This document shows, in pieces, positions 1 through 8,926 of a stretch of DNA of 45,669 bases. This DNA comes from Actinomycetes bacterium (GTDB lineage: Bacteria; Actinomycetota; Acidimicrobiia; IMCC26256; PALSA-555). Each line of letters begins with the position of its first letter. Position 1 is the first letter of the stretch. Under the pieces are notes generated by a model, which was not told the origin of the DNA, did not search any database, and saw only the letters and a list, made by a program, of their open reading frames with translations. The position numbers and the translations under genes are program-made. The DNA lies in the NCBI GenBank assembly GCA_037142235.1, contig JBAXBB010000003.1:1-45669 (forward strand), written 5' to 3'.

Positions 1-13
1 CCCGTTCGCGCGC

Positions 14-1207
14 TCACAGCCGCTTCCCCGCTCGACCGAAGAGCCCTTGGGGCTTGATCGCGATGACGATGAGCATCAGCACGTACGGGAACACACTGCG
101 GTACTTGAGGACCTCGGCCGGATCGCCACCGAGCGTCTTGACCAGCAGCGGGAGCATGTCGCCCCCGAAGAGCTGCTCGGTCAGGCCGATGAGCAGTGCA
201 CCCACCACCACCCCGCCGATGCTCCCGAAACCGCCCAGCACCGCCGCGGCGAAACCCAACAGCATGTAGGCGAAGCCCAGACTCAGGTCGAAGCTCCCGA
301 GGGGGGCGATCAGGATGCCGGCGAGACCGGCCAAGGCTGCCGAGATGCCGAACGCCAGCATCGACATCCGGTTGGCCCGCACCCCGTAGAGCCGGGCGGT
401 CTCACGGTCGGCGGCGATCGCCCGGACCTGGCGACCGAAGCTGGTCCGGGAGAACAAGAGCATGATCCCGACGACGGCGATGGCGGTCACGACCATCACC
501 ACGACCCGCTGGGCCGAGATGACGGCGTCGTGAACCCCGAGGAAGCCGATGTTGATGCGCAGGACCCCCTGGTCGAAGATCAGGAAGTTCTGGAGCGAGT
601 TGCCGGAGCTGAACCAGCTCTGCAGCGAGCGGGGCGTCGTGCCCTGCCAGATGCCGAGCAGGGTGCGGATCACCAGGGCGATGCCCAGCGTGGCGATGAC
701 CACCACGTGGATGTCGCGGCCCCGCAGCGGGGCGTAGGCCACCCGCTCGATGCCGACGCCGATCCCGAACATCAGGACCAGCGTCACGATGATGCCGAGC
801 CCCAGGCTGATCCCCAGGCCGTTCTTGGCGATGCCTGTCCCGTCGGTGGCCCAGAACGCCAGGAAGGCTCCCAGGGTGATCAGATCGCCCTGGGCGAAGT
901 TGGCGATCCCGGTGGCCTTCTGGATCACGATGAACCCGATGGCGGCCAGGGACACGACCGCACCCTCAGCGAGCCCGGAGCCGAGGAGGGCCACGAAGTT
1001 GGTTCCGTTGTCGACGAAGGCCCACACGGCCCACGCGAAGAACACCACGCCGACGGCGATCCAGATCCACTGCTCGCGGGTCAGGCCCTCGATCCGCGGA
1101 CGACGCGCCGGCTCGCCGGCGTCCTCCTCCGCCGGCGGCGCACTCGCGTGCACCACCTCCACATCGGGCGTGAAGTCCTGCTCCAACGCGCCGGGTGTCT
1201 CGTCCAC
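14..1207 (-). CDS. livH: Branched-chain amino acid ABC transporter permease (LivH-like)
   Basis: Multi-TM protein with GIANFAQGD, FGRQVRAIAADRETARLYGV and AAVLGGFGS motifs. Its stop overlaps a GTG at 17 (minus strand), possibly the start of a livM-like gene running off the window edge. Confidence 0.88.
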   Translation of the reverse strand: MDETPGALEQDFTPDVEVVHASAPPAEEDAGEPARRPRIEGLTREQWIWIAVGVVFFAWAVWAFVDNGTNFVALLGSGLAEGAVVSLAAIGFIVIQKATGIANFAQGDLITLGAFLAFWATDGTGIAKNGLGISLGLGIIVTLVLMFGIGVGIERVAYAPLRGRDIHVVVIATLGIALVIRTLLGIWQGTTPRSLQSWFSSGNSLQNFLIFDQGVLRINIGFLGVHDAVISAQRVVVMVVTAIAVVGIMLLFSRTSFGRQVRAIAADRETARLYGVRANRMSMLAFGISAALAGLAGILIAPLGSFDLSLGFAYMLLGFAAAVLGGFGSIGGVVVGALLIGLTEQLFGGDMLPLLVKTLGGDPAEVLKYRSVFPYVLMLIVIAIKPQGLFGRAGKRL

Positions 1208-1400
1208 GTTCCCCCCTCACCCACCCCGATGGATCGTCGGGCACGTAATGCCTTTGATTTTTTAGCACGCCCGGCGCCCCCAGGTCGATGGCACCGCACA
1301 GGAACGTCGGTCGGGTACACCGGGATGTGCGGAGCCGGGGCCACCCCGGCAGAATGACCCGGCCCGGGTGATCGTCCCGGCGGACCACCGAGGAGCCACC

Positions 1401-2267
1401 GTGGCCATGCCCCAGGACGTCGGGATCGTCGATCTGATGATCGGGTTCCCGATGCGCGACAAGAAGAAGGTCTACGACTACCTGATGCGGGGCATCCGCG
1501 ACGACGAGACCAAGGGCGAGTTCACGTTCCCGGCCGAGTACATGTTCAAGGAGGTGCCCGACGAGAACGAGCAGGGCGCCGACCCCGTTGCCGCCACCTT
1601 CGCCGCCATGGACCAGTACGGGATCCGGGCTGGGTTGTTCGGCCTGAGCGACGACGCACGGGAGGCCAAGGATCGCTACCCGGGCCGGGTCTTCACCTCG
1701 CTCGAGATCGACCCCAACGACGTCATGAAGACCGTCCGGAAGATCCGCCGGGCCAAGGAGCAGGACGACCTCACCGCGGTCACCTTCTTCCCGGCCGGCT
1801 GCTTCCCGCAGGTCAACGTCGACGACCGTCTCGTCTACCCCGTCTACGCCACCTGCATCGACCTCGACCTCCCGATCATCGTCAACGCCGGGATCGCCGG
1901 ACCCCGGTTCCCGTCCGACTGCCAGCACGTCGAGCGCTTCGACCGGGTCTGTTACGACTTCCCCGAGCTCCGGATCGTGATGCGCCACGGCGCCGAGCCC
2001 TGGGAGGAGCTCGCCGTCAAGCTCATGCTGAAGTGGCCGGGCCTCTACTACTGCACCTCGGCCTTCGCCCCGAAGCACTACCCGAAGGCGATCATCGACT
2101 ACGCGAACACCCGCGGGGCCGACAAGATCATGTACGCGGGCTACTTCCCGATGGGACTCTCGATGGACCGCATCATGAGTGAGCTGCCCCACGTCGCGTT
2201 CCGCGACCACGTGTGGCCGAAGTTCCTCCGCGACAACGCCGAGGCCGTCTTCAAGCTCGGCCTCTAG
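1401..2267 (+). CDS. Amidohydrolase family protein (Amidohydro_2)
   Basis: DFPELRIVMRHGAEPW and RGADKIMYAGYFP motifs; RBS GAGGAG at 1390-1395 before GTG 1401 (alternative ATG 1407). Confidence 0.85.
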   Translation: MAMPQDVGIVDLMIGFPMRDKKKVYDYLMRGIRDDETKGEFTFPAEYMFKEVPDENEQGADPVAATFAAMDQYGIRAGLFGLSDDAREAKDRYPGRVFTSLEIDPNDVMKTVRKIRRAKEQDDLTAVTFFPAGCFPQVNVDDRLVYPVYATCIDLDLPIIVNAGIAGPRFPSDCQHVERFDRVCYDFPELRIVMRHGAEPWEELAVKLMLKWPGLYYCTSAFAPKHYPKAIIDYANTRGADKIMYAGYFPMGLSMDRIMSELPHVAFRDHVWPKFLRDNAEAVFKLGL

Positions 2268-3733
2268 GCCTCCACGGCCGCACCGCCCCCGACCGGGACC
2301 GCCACGAAGGCGTCGGCGTCGGGCTCCTCGGTGAGGCGCCGGTACTCCGACATCGAGTGGGGCCACTGGGTCACGACGCGCCCCGACGGGCTCCGGTAAT
2401 AGCTGTGGCAGCGATCGGGTGACCACACCTCGATCTCTGCGATCGCGGCGTCGAGCGCCGCGTTGTAGGCGGCCTCGACCTCGGGCCGGACGTCGATCGC
2501 GACGATCCCCTCGGCGTCCATCCGCCGGACCTGGCGCACGGCGTAGTCGGCCTGCGCCTCGAGCAGGTACCAGATCGATCCGTTGTTCGTGTTGGGTCCG
2601 TAGAGCATGAACAGGTTGGGGAACCCGGCGGTGGTGATGCCCTTGTAGGCGTGCGCCCCTTCGGCCCACGCCTCGGCGAGCCGGACGCCGCCGCGGCCCG
2701 TCACCTCGATGGCGGCGAGGAACCGCGTGGTCTGGAACCCGGTGGCGAGGACCAGGGTGTCGAGGGCGTGCTCGGTCCCGTCGGCGGTGACCACCCCCGC
2801 CGCGGTGATCCGCTCGATCGGGTCGGTCACCAGCGACACGTTCGGTCGGTTGTAGGTGGCGTAGTAGTGGTTGGACACGAGCGGTCGCTGGCAGCCGTAG
2901 GGCGCGGTGGGCGTGAGCGCCCGGCGGGTGGCGGGGTCCGCAACCACGGCGATGGCCTCGCGTCCGGCCTGCTCGCGCGCCGCGAGGGCCTCGGGGTGTT
3001 GGAACGTGAGGTACGGATCGATCTGCTCGAAGATCGCGCGCCGCCGTTCGAGCACCTCCTCGGGGTGCGACCACCAGTGCTCACGCTCGGCCGCGGTGTA
3101 GGGCGTGTCGACCTTGGGCAGGACCCAGTTCGCCGCCCGCTGGAAGACGGTGAGGTGACCGGCCACCTCGGCCACCTCGGGCACGAACTGCACCGCGCTC
3201 GCAGCGCTGCCGATCACCCCGACCCGTCGCCCGGCGAGGTCGTGGTCCCAGTCCCAGCGCGCCGAATGGAACGAGTGGCCGGCGAAGTCGGCGAGCCCGG
3301 GGAGGTCGGGCCAGTTGAGTTCGTTGAACATGCCGAGGCCCGCGACGACCACGTCGAACTCCAGCACCTCGCCCGCCGCGGTCGTGACCGACCAGAGCGA
3401 CCGGGAGTCGTCCCAGGAGGCCGACACCACGGCCGTGTCGAGCCGGAGGTGGGGACGGATCCCGTACCGCTCGACCACGTGCTCGAGGTAGGCCCGGATC
3501 TCGGGTCCGTCGCCGTAGGGGCGGCTCCAGTCCCAGAGCGGCTCGAACGAGAAGGAGTAGAGGTGCGACGGAACGTCGCACTGCAGACCCGGGTAGCGGT
3601 TGTGGAACCAGGTGCCGCCCACCCCGGAGGCCCGCTCCAGCACCACGAGGTCGTCGTAGCCCGCCTCGAGCAGGCGCACGGCGGCCACGATGCCCCCGGC
3701 CCCCGCTCCGAGAACCCCGATCCGCCGACCCAC
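2264..3733 (-). CDS. Flavin-containing monooxygenase, Baeyer-Villiger type
   Basis: GAGAGG Rossmann motif, GGTWFHNRYPG, BVMO fingerprint FAGHSFHSARWD, ATGF; GGAGG RBS upstream. Confidence 0.92.
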   Translation of the reverse strand: MGRRIGVLGAGAGGIVAAVRLLEAGYDDLVVLERASGVGGTWFHNRYPGLQCDVPSHLYSFSFEPLWDWSRPYGDGPEIRAYLEHVVERYGIRPHLRLDTAVVSASWDDSRSLWSVTTAAGEVLEFDVVVAGLGMFNELNWPDLPGLADFAGHSFHSARWDWDHDLAGRRVGVIGSAASAVQFVPEVAEVAGHLTVFQRAANWVLPKVDTPYTAAEREHWWSHPEEVLERRRAIFEQIDPYLTFQHPEALAAREQAGREAIAVVADPATRRALTPTAPYGCQRPLVSNHYYATYNRPNVSLVTDPIERITAAGVVTADGTEHALDTLVLATGFQTTRFLAAIEVTGRGGVRLAEAWAEGAHAYKGITTAGFPNLFMLYGPNTNNGSIWYLLEAQADYAVRQVRRMDAEGIVAIDVRPEVEAAYNAALDAAIAEIEVWSPDRCHSYYRSPSGRVVTQWPHSMSEYRRLTEEPDADAFVAVPVGGGAAVEA

Positions 3734-3797
3734 GTCATCGCCTCCCCGAGCCGCGCGGCCCCGGGAGCCGCGCCGGCGCTCACCCTACGATGCCCCG

Positions 3798-5426
3798 ATG
3801 ACCACCGCCGCGACCGCCGCCGCCCGCAAGGGTGCCGGGATCGTCCTGCTCACGCTCTCGGCGGCGCAGTTCCTGATGGTCCTCGACTCCTCGGTCATGA
3901 ACGTCTCGATCGGCGTGGTGGCCAAGGACATCGGCACCTCGGTCACCGGCATCCAGACCGCGATCACGTTCTACGCGCTCGTGATGGCCACGTTGATGAT
4001 CACCGGCGGGAAACTCGGCTCGATGTTCGGACGCCGCCGCGTCTTCTCGATCGGTCTGGTCATCTACGGCACCGGCTCCCTGGTGACCGCCGTCGCACCC
4101 AACCTGCTGGTCCTGCTGATCGGCTGGTCGGTGCTCGAGGGGATCGGCGGCGCCCTCATCCTGCCTGCGATCGTGGCGCTGGTCGCCACCAACTTCGGGG
4201 TCGACGAACGCCCGAAGGCCTACGGGGCCGTCGCGGCGGCGGCCGCCATCGCGGTGGCCGCCGGTCCCGTGATCGGCGGGCTGTTCACCACCTACCTCTC
4301 GTGGCGCTTCGTGTTCGCCGGGGAGATCCTGGCCTCGCTCGCGATCCTGGCCATCGCCCGGCGCATGGAGGACCACCCGGTGGAGGACGGCTCGCACCTC
4401 GACCTCGGCGGGACCGCACTCTCGGCGCTCGGCCTCGGACTGATCGTCTACGGCGTGCTCAAGTCGGGCGAGTGGGGCTTCGTGCGCCCGCATCCCGGCG
4501 GCACTGCCTGGATCGGCCTGTCGCCGGTGATCTTCCTCATGACGGCCGGCGGGTTGGTCCTGCTCGGGTTCTTGGCCTGGGAGCAGCACCAGATCGCACG
4601 CGGCGAGGACCCCCTCTTCGACCCGGCCATGTTGAAGGTGCGGGTACTGCGGAGTGGGCTCACCGCCTTCGGGTTCCAGTTCTTCTTGCAGGCGGGACTG
4701 TTCTTCACCATCCCCCTGTTCCTCTCCGTCGCACTCGGCTTGTCGGCGGTTGCCACCGGAGTGCGCCTCCTGCCGTTGTCGGTCACCCTCATCATCGCCG
4801 CACTCGGGGTCCCCAAGGTGTTCCCGAACGCCTCGCCCCGGCGGGTCGCCCAGATCGGCTTCCTCCTGCTGTTCGCGGGCATCGCCCTGCTCGTCGGCCT
4901 GCTCGACGTGGGGTCCGGACCCGACGTCATCACCTGGCCGATGCTGATCATGGGCCTCGCGGTGGGGGCGCTGTCGTCGCAGCTCGGCGCGGTCACGGTG
5001 TCGGCCGTCCCCGACGAGCAGAGCAGCGAGGTGGGCGGCCTGCAGAACACCGCCACCAACTTCGGGGCGTCGATCGGCACCGCCCTGGCGGGCGCCATCC
5101 TCATCTCGGCGCTCACCACCACGTTCCTCGGCGGCGTCGCGTCGAACCCGCAGGTCCCGAAGGAACTGGCCCAACGGGCTCAGGTCGAGCTGGCGGGAGG
5201 CGTCCCGTTCGTGTCGAACGCCGATCTGCAAGCGGCCCTCACCAACGCCGATGTCCCTGCCCCGACGGCGGCGCAGATCGTGGCGACTAACGCCGACGCC
5301 CGGGTCGCCGGGCTCCGAGCGGCCCTCGCCGTGCTGGCCCTGTTCGCGCTCGTCGCCGTGTGGTTCACCCGTCACCTCCCCGCCGAGCCGGTCGCCGGCG
5401 GGGGCTCCGGCTCGGTCACGGAGTGA
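3798..5426 (+). CDS. MFS transporter, DHA2/EmrB-like (14 TM)
   Basis: QFLMVLDSSVMNV and GGKLGSMFGRRRVF (motif A). Start placed at ATG 3798, 6 nt after TACGAT (3786-3791). Confidence 0.9.
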   Translation: MTTAATAAARKGAGIVLLTLSAAQFLMVLDSSVMNVSIGVVAKDIGTSVTGIQTAITFYALVMATLMITGGKLGSMFGRRRVFSIGLVIYGTGSLVTAVAPNLLVLLIGWSVLEGIGGALILPAIVALVATNFGVDERPKAYGAVAAAAAIAVAAGPVIGGLFTTYLSWRFVFAGEILASLAILAIARRMEDHPVEDGSHLDLGGTALSALGLGLIVYGVLKSGEWGFVRPHPGGTAWIGLSPVIFLMTAGGLVLLGFLAWEQHQIARGEDPLFDPAMLKVRVLRSGLTAFGFQFFLQAGLFFTIPLFLSVALGLSAVATGVRLLPLSVTLIIAALGVPKVFPNASPRRVAQIGFLLLFAGIALLVGLLDVGSGPDVITWPMLIMGLAVGALSSQLGAVTVSAVPDEQSSEVGGLQNTATNFGASIGTALAGAILISALTTTFLGGVASNPQVPKELAQRAQVELAGGVPFVSNADLQAALTNADVPAPTAAQIVATNADARVAGLRAALAVLALFALVAVWFTRHLPAEPVAGGGSGSVTE

Positions 5427-6205
5427 CCGACGCCTCGCCCGTCCGTCGCGCGCCACCGCCGTTCCGGACGGCCACGGTGGAGCACACCGCGCCGATGACG
5501 CCACGCCTGCGACGCGTCACGCTCGCCGGGCCAGCACTCATCGGCTTCCCCGAGCCCGCGCCGGCGGCGAGCGTGCGGCTCTTGCTGCCCGAGCCCGAGG
5601 GCCTCGTGGTGCCCGAGTGGAACGGCAACGAGTTCCTCCTCCCCCGCGGTCGACGGCCCGTCCTGCGCACGTTCACCCCGGTGGTCGTCGACCCGGTCGC
5701 CGGTCGCCTCGTCCTCGACGTGGTCCTACATGATGGCGGTGCCACCTCGGCCTGGGCCGACGCGACGGGCCCCGGTGACACCGTGGCGGTCTCAGGACCC
5801 GGCCGCGGCTGGAGTCCGCCCCGCGGGTTCCGCAGCTTCGTCGTGGCGGGCGACGAGTCCGCGGTCCCGGCGATCCGTCAGGTGCTCGCCGCACTCCCGG
5901 CCGGCGCCCACGCCACGGTCCACGTCGAGGTCGCGCACCCCGACGCGCGCTCCGACCTCGGGGGCACCCCACTGGCGACGGTCGTCTGGCACGACCGGCC
6001 ACCGGACGCACCACCGGGCGCCCCCCTCGTCGCCGCCTTGACCACCGCAGCGCCCGACCCGTCGGCGGCACACTGGATCGCCGGTGAGGCCGCGGCCGTG
6101 CAACGGATCCGGTTCCACCTCTTCCGCGATCACGGCCTACCCCGATCGGACCACACGGTGCGCGGCTACTGGAAGCGCGGCGCTTCCGGCGGGAACGACG
6201 ACTGA
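5423..6205 (+). CDS. Siderophore-interacting protein (ViuB/FAD-binding 9 family)
   Basis: LRRVTLAG, RTFTP, LDVVLH, AGDESAVPAI, WIAGEA, RGYWK motifs; GTGA overlap with the MFS stop. Confidence 0.88.
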   Translation: MTDASPVRRAPPPFRTATVEHTAPMTPRLRRVTLAGPALIGFPEPAPAASVRLLLPEPEGLVVPEWNGNEFLLPRGRRPVLRTFTPVVVDPVAGRLVLDVVLHDGGATSAWADATGPGDTVAVSGPGRGWSPPRGFRSFVVAGDESAVPAIRQVLAALPAGAHATVHVEVAHPDARSDLGGTPLATVVWHDRPPDAPPGAPLVAALTTAAPDPSAAHWIAGEAAAVQRIRFHLFRDHGLPRSDHTVRGYWKRGASGGNDD

Positions 6206-6230
6206 GCGGGCCGACCGTTAGGTTGGCGCC

Positions 6231-7211
6231 GTGGGATTCGACGCCTCGCTCGCCGCGGCCGCCACGATCCACCGGCGCACCCAGGCCGGGGAGGACTGCA
6301 CCCTGTCCGATGCCGTGCACCAGGTGTCGCTCGCGCACGTCCTGCTCGACGGCGGCTACGACGGCGTCACCCCCATCGGCGAGGTGCTGCGCGGCGGGAG
6401 CCTCGGGCTCGGCACCGTCGACCGGCTCGACGGCGAGCTCTCCATCGTCGACGGCGAACCCTGGCGCGTCGACTGGCACGGCCACGCCGAGCTCCTGACC
6501 CCAGACACGCTGGTCCCGTTCGCGATCGTCACCGATCTGGTGAATCCCAAGATCCGGCGCCTGGCGGACGTGGGCCACGAATGGGTCGCCGGGTGCATCG
6601 AGGGTCTCGTCGACGATCCAGGTGCCGTCGTGGCGGTCCAGCTCGAGGGAACCTTCCGAGAGGTCCTGGTCCGGAGCGTGCCGCCACAGGAGAAGCCGTA
6701 CCGCCCGGTGGAAGAGGTCTGCGCCACCGACGAGGTGCGATTCGAGCACGCCACGTTCGAAGGCGTGTTCGTGGGCTTCCGGTTCCCCGACCTCGAGGGC
6801 GGTGCCGCCCTCCCCGGCCTGCACCTGCACGGCCTCGACCACGCCCGCACCACCGGCGGTCACCTCTACGAGTTGCAGGTCGTCGACGCAGAACTAGCGG
6901 TGGGCGTCACCCGCGACATCGTGCTCTCGCTGCCGGACCGCTCGATGCTCGACCTGCTCGAGACGGAGTCCGACGTCCGCGCCGTGCAGCGGGCCCTCCT
7001 GCGCCTCGGCACCCCCACGACTGCCGACATCGCCGCCGACCTCGGGCTCAGCCCGGTGGCCGTCGAGGAGCGCCTCGCCTGGCTCGCTGACCGCGGCTTC
7101 GCGGAACCTCGCGCCAGTAGCGGGCCCGAGCGGTGGCACTCGATCCTCGTCGCCCGACCGCGCGTGCTCCCCCAGCGCCTCCTCGACGCCCTCGACGCCC
7201 TCGACCGCTGA
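6231..7211 (+). CDS. budA: Alpha-acetolactate decarboxylase fused to a C-terminal winged-HTH-like domain
   Basis: GLGTVDRLDGE, VRSVPPQEKPY, GFRFP and Zn-binding GLHLH...GGH. Extra ~88 aa (6945-7211) with TTADIAADLGLSPVAVEERLAWLADRGFA. TAGGTT 6 nt before the GTG. Confidence 0.85.
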   Translation: MGFDASLAAAATIHRRTQAGEDCTLSDAVHQVSLAHVLLDGGYDGVTPIGEVLRGGSLGLGTVDRLDGELSIVDGEPWRVDWHGHAELLTPDTLVPFAIVTDLVNPKIRRLADVGHEWVAGCIEGLVDDPGAVVAVQLEGTFREVLVRSVPPQEKPYRPVEEVCATDEVRFEHATFEGVFVGFRFPDLEGGAALPGLHLHGLDHARTTGGHLYELQVVDAELAVGVTRDIVLSLPDRSMLDLLETESDVRAVQRALLRLGTPTTADIAADLGLSPVAVEERLAWLADRGFAEPRASSGPERWHSILVARPRVLPQRLLDALDALDR

Positions 7212-7240
7212 CGGCGGGTCAGCGTCGGCGCACGAACCGG

Positions 7241-7999
7241 TCAGTTGATGATGCGTTTGGCGGCGTGTGCGACCGTCTGCGACCAGGGGTGGTCGGGGTT
7301 CGACACCGTGAAGAGCGTCCCCGAGGCGTTACTGGCCATGTCTTCGCTCAGGGGCAGGGCACCGAGTACCTCGGCGCCATAGACATTCGAAACGTCGCTG
7401 ATGAGCGTCTCCATCGAGGCGGCGGCGGGCACCTTGTTGACCAGCATGTAGAGCTCGGGGACGGCGAGACGCCGGGCCACGTCGACGGTGACCGCGGTGC
7501 CCTGGTAGTCCTGCTTGTCGGGACGAAGCAGCAGCAGCAGCACGTCGGAGATCGTGATCGAGAGCAGGGTCTCCTCGTTGAGGCCCGGGTGCGTGTCGAT
7601 GACGAGCAGGTCGAGGTCGAGGCCCTCCACCAGCGCCCGGAAGCCGTCGTTGAGCACCTCGACGTCGTAGCCCTGACGCAGCACCTTGGCGATGTCGCCG
7701 GACTTCATGCTCGACGGGACGAGGAACATGGTGCCGCCGTAGCCGGCCACACCGACCTGCTCGGTGACGTCGTGCGCGGCATCCACGATGGCGCACTGAC
7801 CGTAGAGGTAGTCATTGAGCGTATTGCCCGGGATGTCGGAGTCGAAGCCGCACAGCACGTGCACACCCGGCGACTGGATGTCGGTGTCGATGACCGCGAC
7901 CCGCTTCCCTGCCATGGCGGCCTGGGCCGCGATGTTGGAGCTGACGTTGGACTTACCCGTTCCACCGCGGAACGAGTGAATCGACATGATCTTCGACAC
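7241..7999 (-). CDS. MinD/ParA-family ATPase (HSFRGGTGKS subtype)
   Basis: Deviant Walker A FRGGTGKS, IDTDIQSPG, IDTHPG, VNKV; no evident C-terminal membrane-targeting helix. Confidence 0.9.
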   Translation of the reverse strand: MSKIMSIHSFRGGTGKSNVSSNIAAQAAMAGKRVAVIDTDIQSPGVHVLCGFDSDIPGNTLNDYLYGQCAIVDAAHDVTEQVGVAGYGGTMFLVPSSMKSGDIAKVLRQGYDVEVLNDGFRALVEGLDLDLLVIDTHPGLNEETLLSITISDVLLLLLRPDKQDYQGTAVTVDVARRLAVPELYMLVNKVPAAASMETLISDVSNVYGAEVLGALPLSEDMASNASGTLFTVSNPDHPWSQTVAHAAKRIIN

Positions 8000-8114
8000 G
8001 GGAACCCCTTTGGTCTGGAGTCGCGAGAATAGCCACGGATAGCTGGGTCTGTGCAGCCGCGGCCTTCGGGCACCGAACTGGCTCGTCCCGGGCCAGATGT
8101 AGTAACAAACCCCG

Positions 8115-8915
8115 GTGCAATCTGGCGACCTAGTGGCCGACTACATCATCGTGTCGCCCCTGGGAATGGGCGACCAGGGTGACTTCTACCTCGCCGAGGC
8201 CCCAGCGCGACTCGGCCCGGGCGTCGACCGGGTCGCACTCAAGGTCGTCCCGGCCACGGAGGACTTCGAGCGGATCGTCCGCGAGGTCTCGACCTTCGCG
8301 CGGATCGAGGATCCGCACCTCCTGCGGCTCGTCGGAGCCGGCCAGCACGAGGAGCACTTCTTCTTCGCCACCGAGTGGTGCGAGCGGGGACCGATCGACC
8401 TCCTCGCCCTCGCTCCCGCCGAAGTCCGTCGGGCCGTCGCGCAGGCCGCGCGTGGCGCGCAGGCGCTCCACGCGGTGGACGTCGTCCACCGCAACATCCG
8501 GCCCCGGAACGTCTACATCCGAGCCGACGGGAGCGCCGTGCTCGCCGATCTCAGCCTCGTGCAGCCCGACCACGAGGACACGACCGACCTCGTGTCGACG
8601 AGTGCGCTCGGCTTCCTCGACCCAGCGCTGCTCACCTCCGACGAGGTCGGGATCGCCTCCGACCTCTTCTCGCTGGGTGCCACCCTCCACTGGCTCTCGA
8701 CCCGCGAGCACCTGTACCCGCAGATCGACCCCACCCGCCCCCTGATGTCGGTGCGGTCGATCCTGCGCAACCCACCGAACGTCCGCCGCGATCTCTGCGA
8801 CCCCGCGGTGGCCGACCTCGTCGCGGCCTGCGTCGATCCCGACGTGTCCCGCCGGCCCCCGACCGCAGCCGCCTTCGCCGACCAGCTCGACGCCATCGGC
8901 GACGACCGATCCTGA
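8115..8915 (+). CDS. Hanks-type Ser/Thr kinase-fold protein, probably catalytically impaired
   Basis: LGMGDQG, VALK, REV, HRNIRPRN (HRD to HRN), ADLS (for DFG), SDLFSLG, RRP; kinase domain only. Confidence 0.82.
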   Translation: MQSGDLVADYIIVSPLGMGDQGDFYLAEAPARLGPGVDRVALKVVPATEDFERIVREVSTFARIEDPHLLRLVGAGQHEEHFFFATEWCERGPIDLLALAPAEVRRAVAQAARGAQALHAVDVVHRNIRPRNVYIRADGSAVLADLSLVQPDHEDTTDLVSTSALGFLDPALLTSDEVGIASDLFSLGATLHWLSTREHLYPQIDPTRPLMSVRSILRNPPNVRRDLCDPAVADLVAACVDPDVSRRPPTAAAFADQLDAIGDDRS

Positions 8916-8926
8916 ACGGACCCGCT

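Noticed and set aside
1341-1361. CCCGGCAGAATGACCCG shared with 38828-38844
   Set aside because: Best explained as a CAGAAT -10 box in GC-rich context; two copies are too few to call a repeat family.
5423-6205. Siderophore biosynthesis or uptake locus
   Set aside because: Only an isolated SIP behind an MFS gene; no NRPS/NIS synthetase, Fe-siderophore ABC genes or clear IdeR box.
7241-7999. Cell-division MinD or chromosome-partition ParA
   Set aside because: No minC/minE, parB or parS-like site nearby; the signature Lys is replaced and no amphipathic tail is evident.
8375-8926. Long N-terminal extensions of listed ORFs (antiporter from 8375, ABC-F from 22091, amidohydrolase from 18287, cfa from 36338, MFS from 38881)
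   Set aside because: They overlap other real genes and are low-complexity; better starts with an RBS or -10 box lie downstream.
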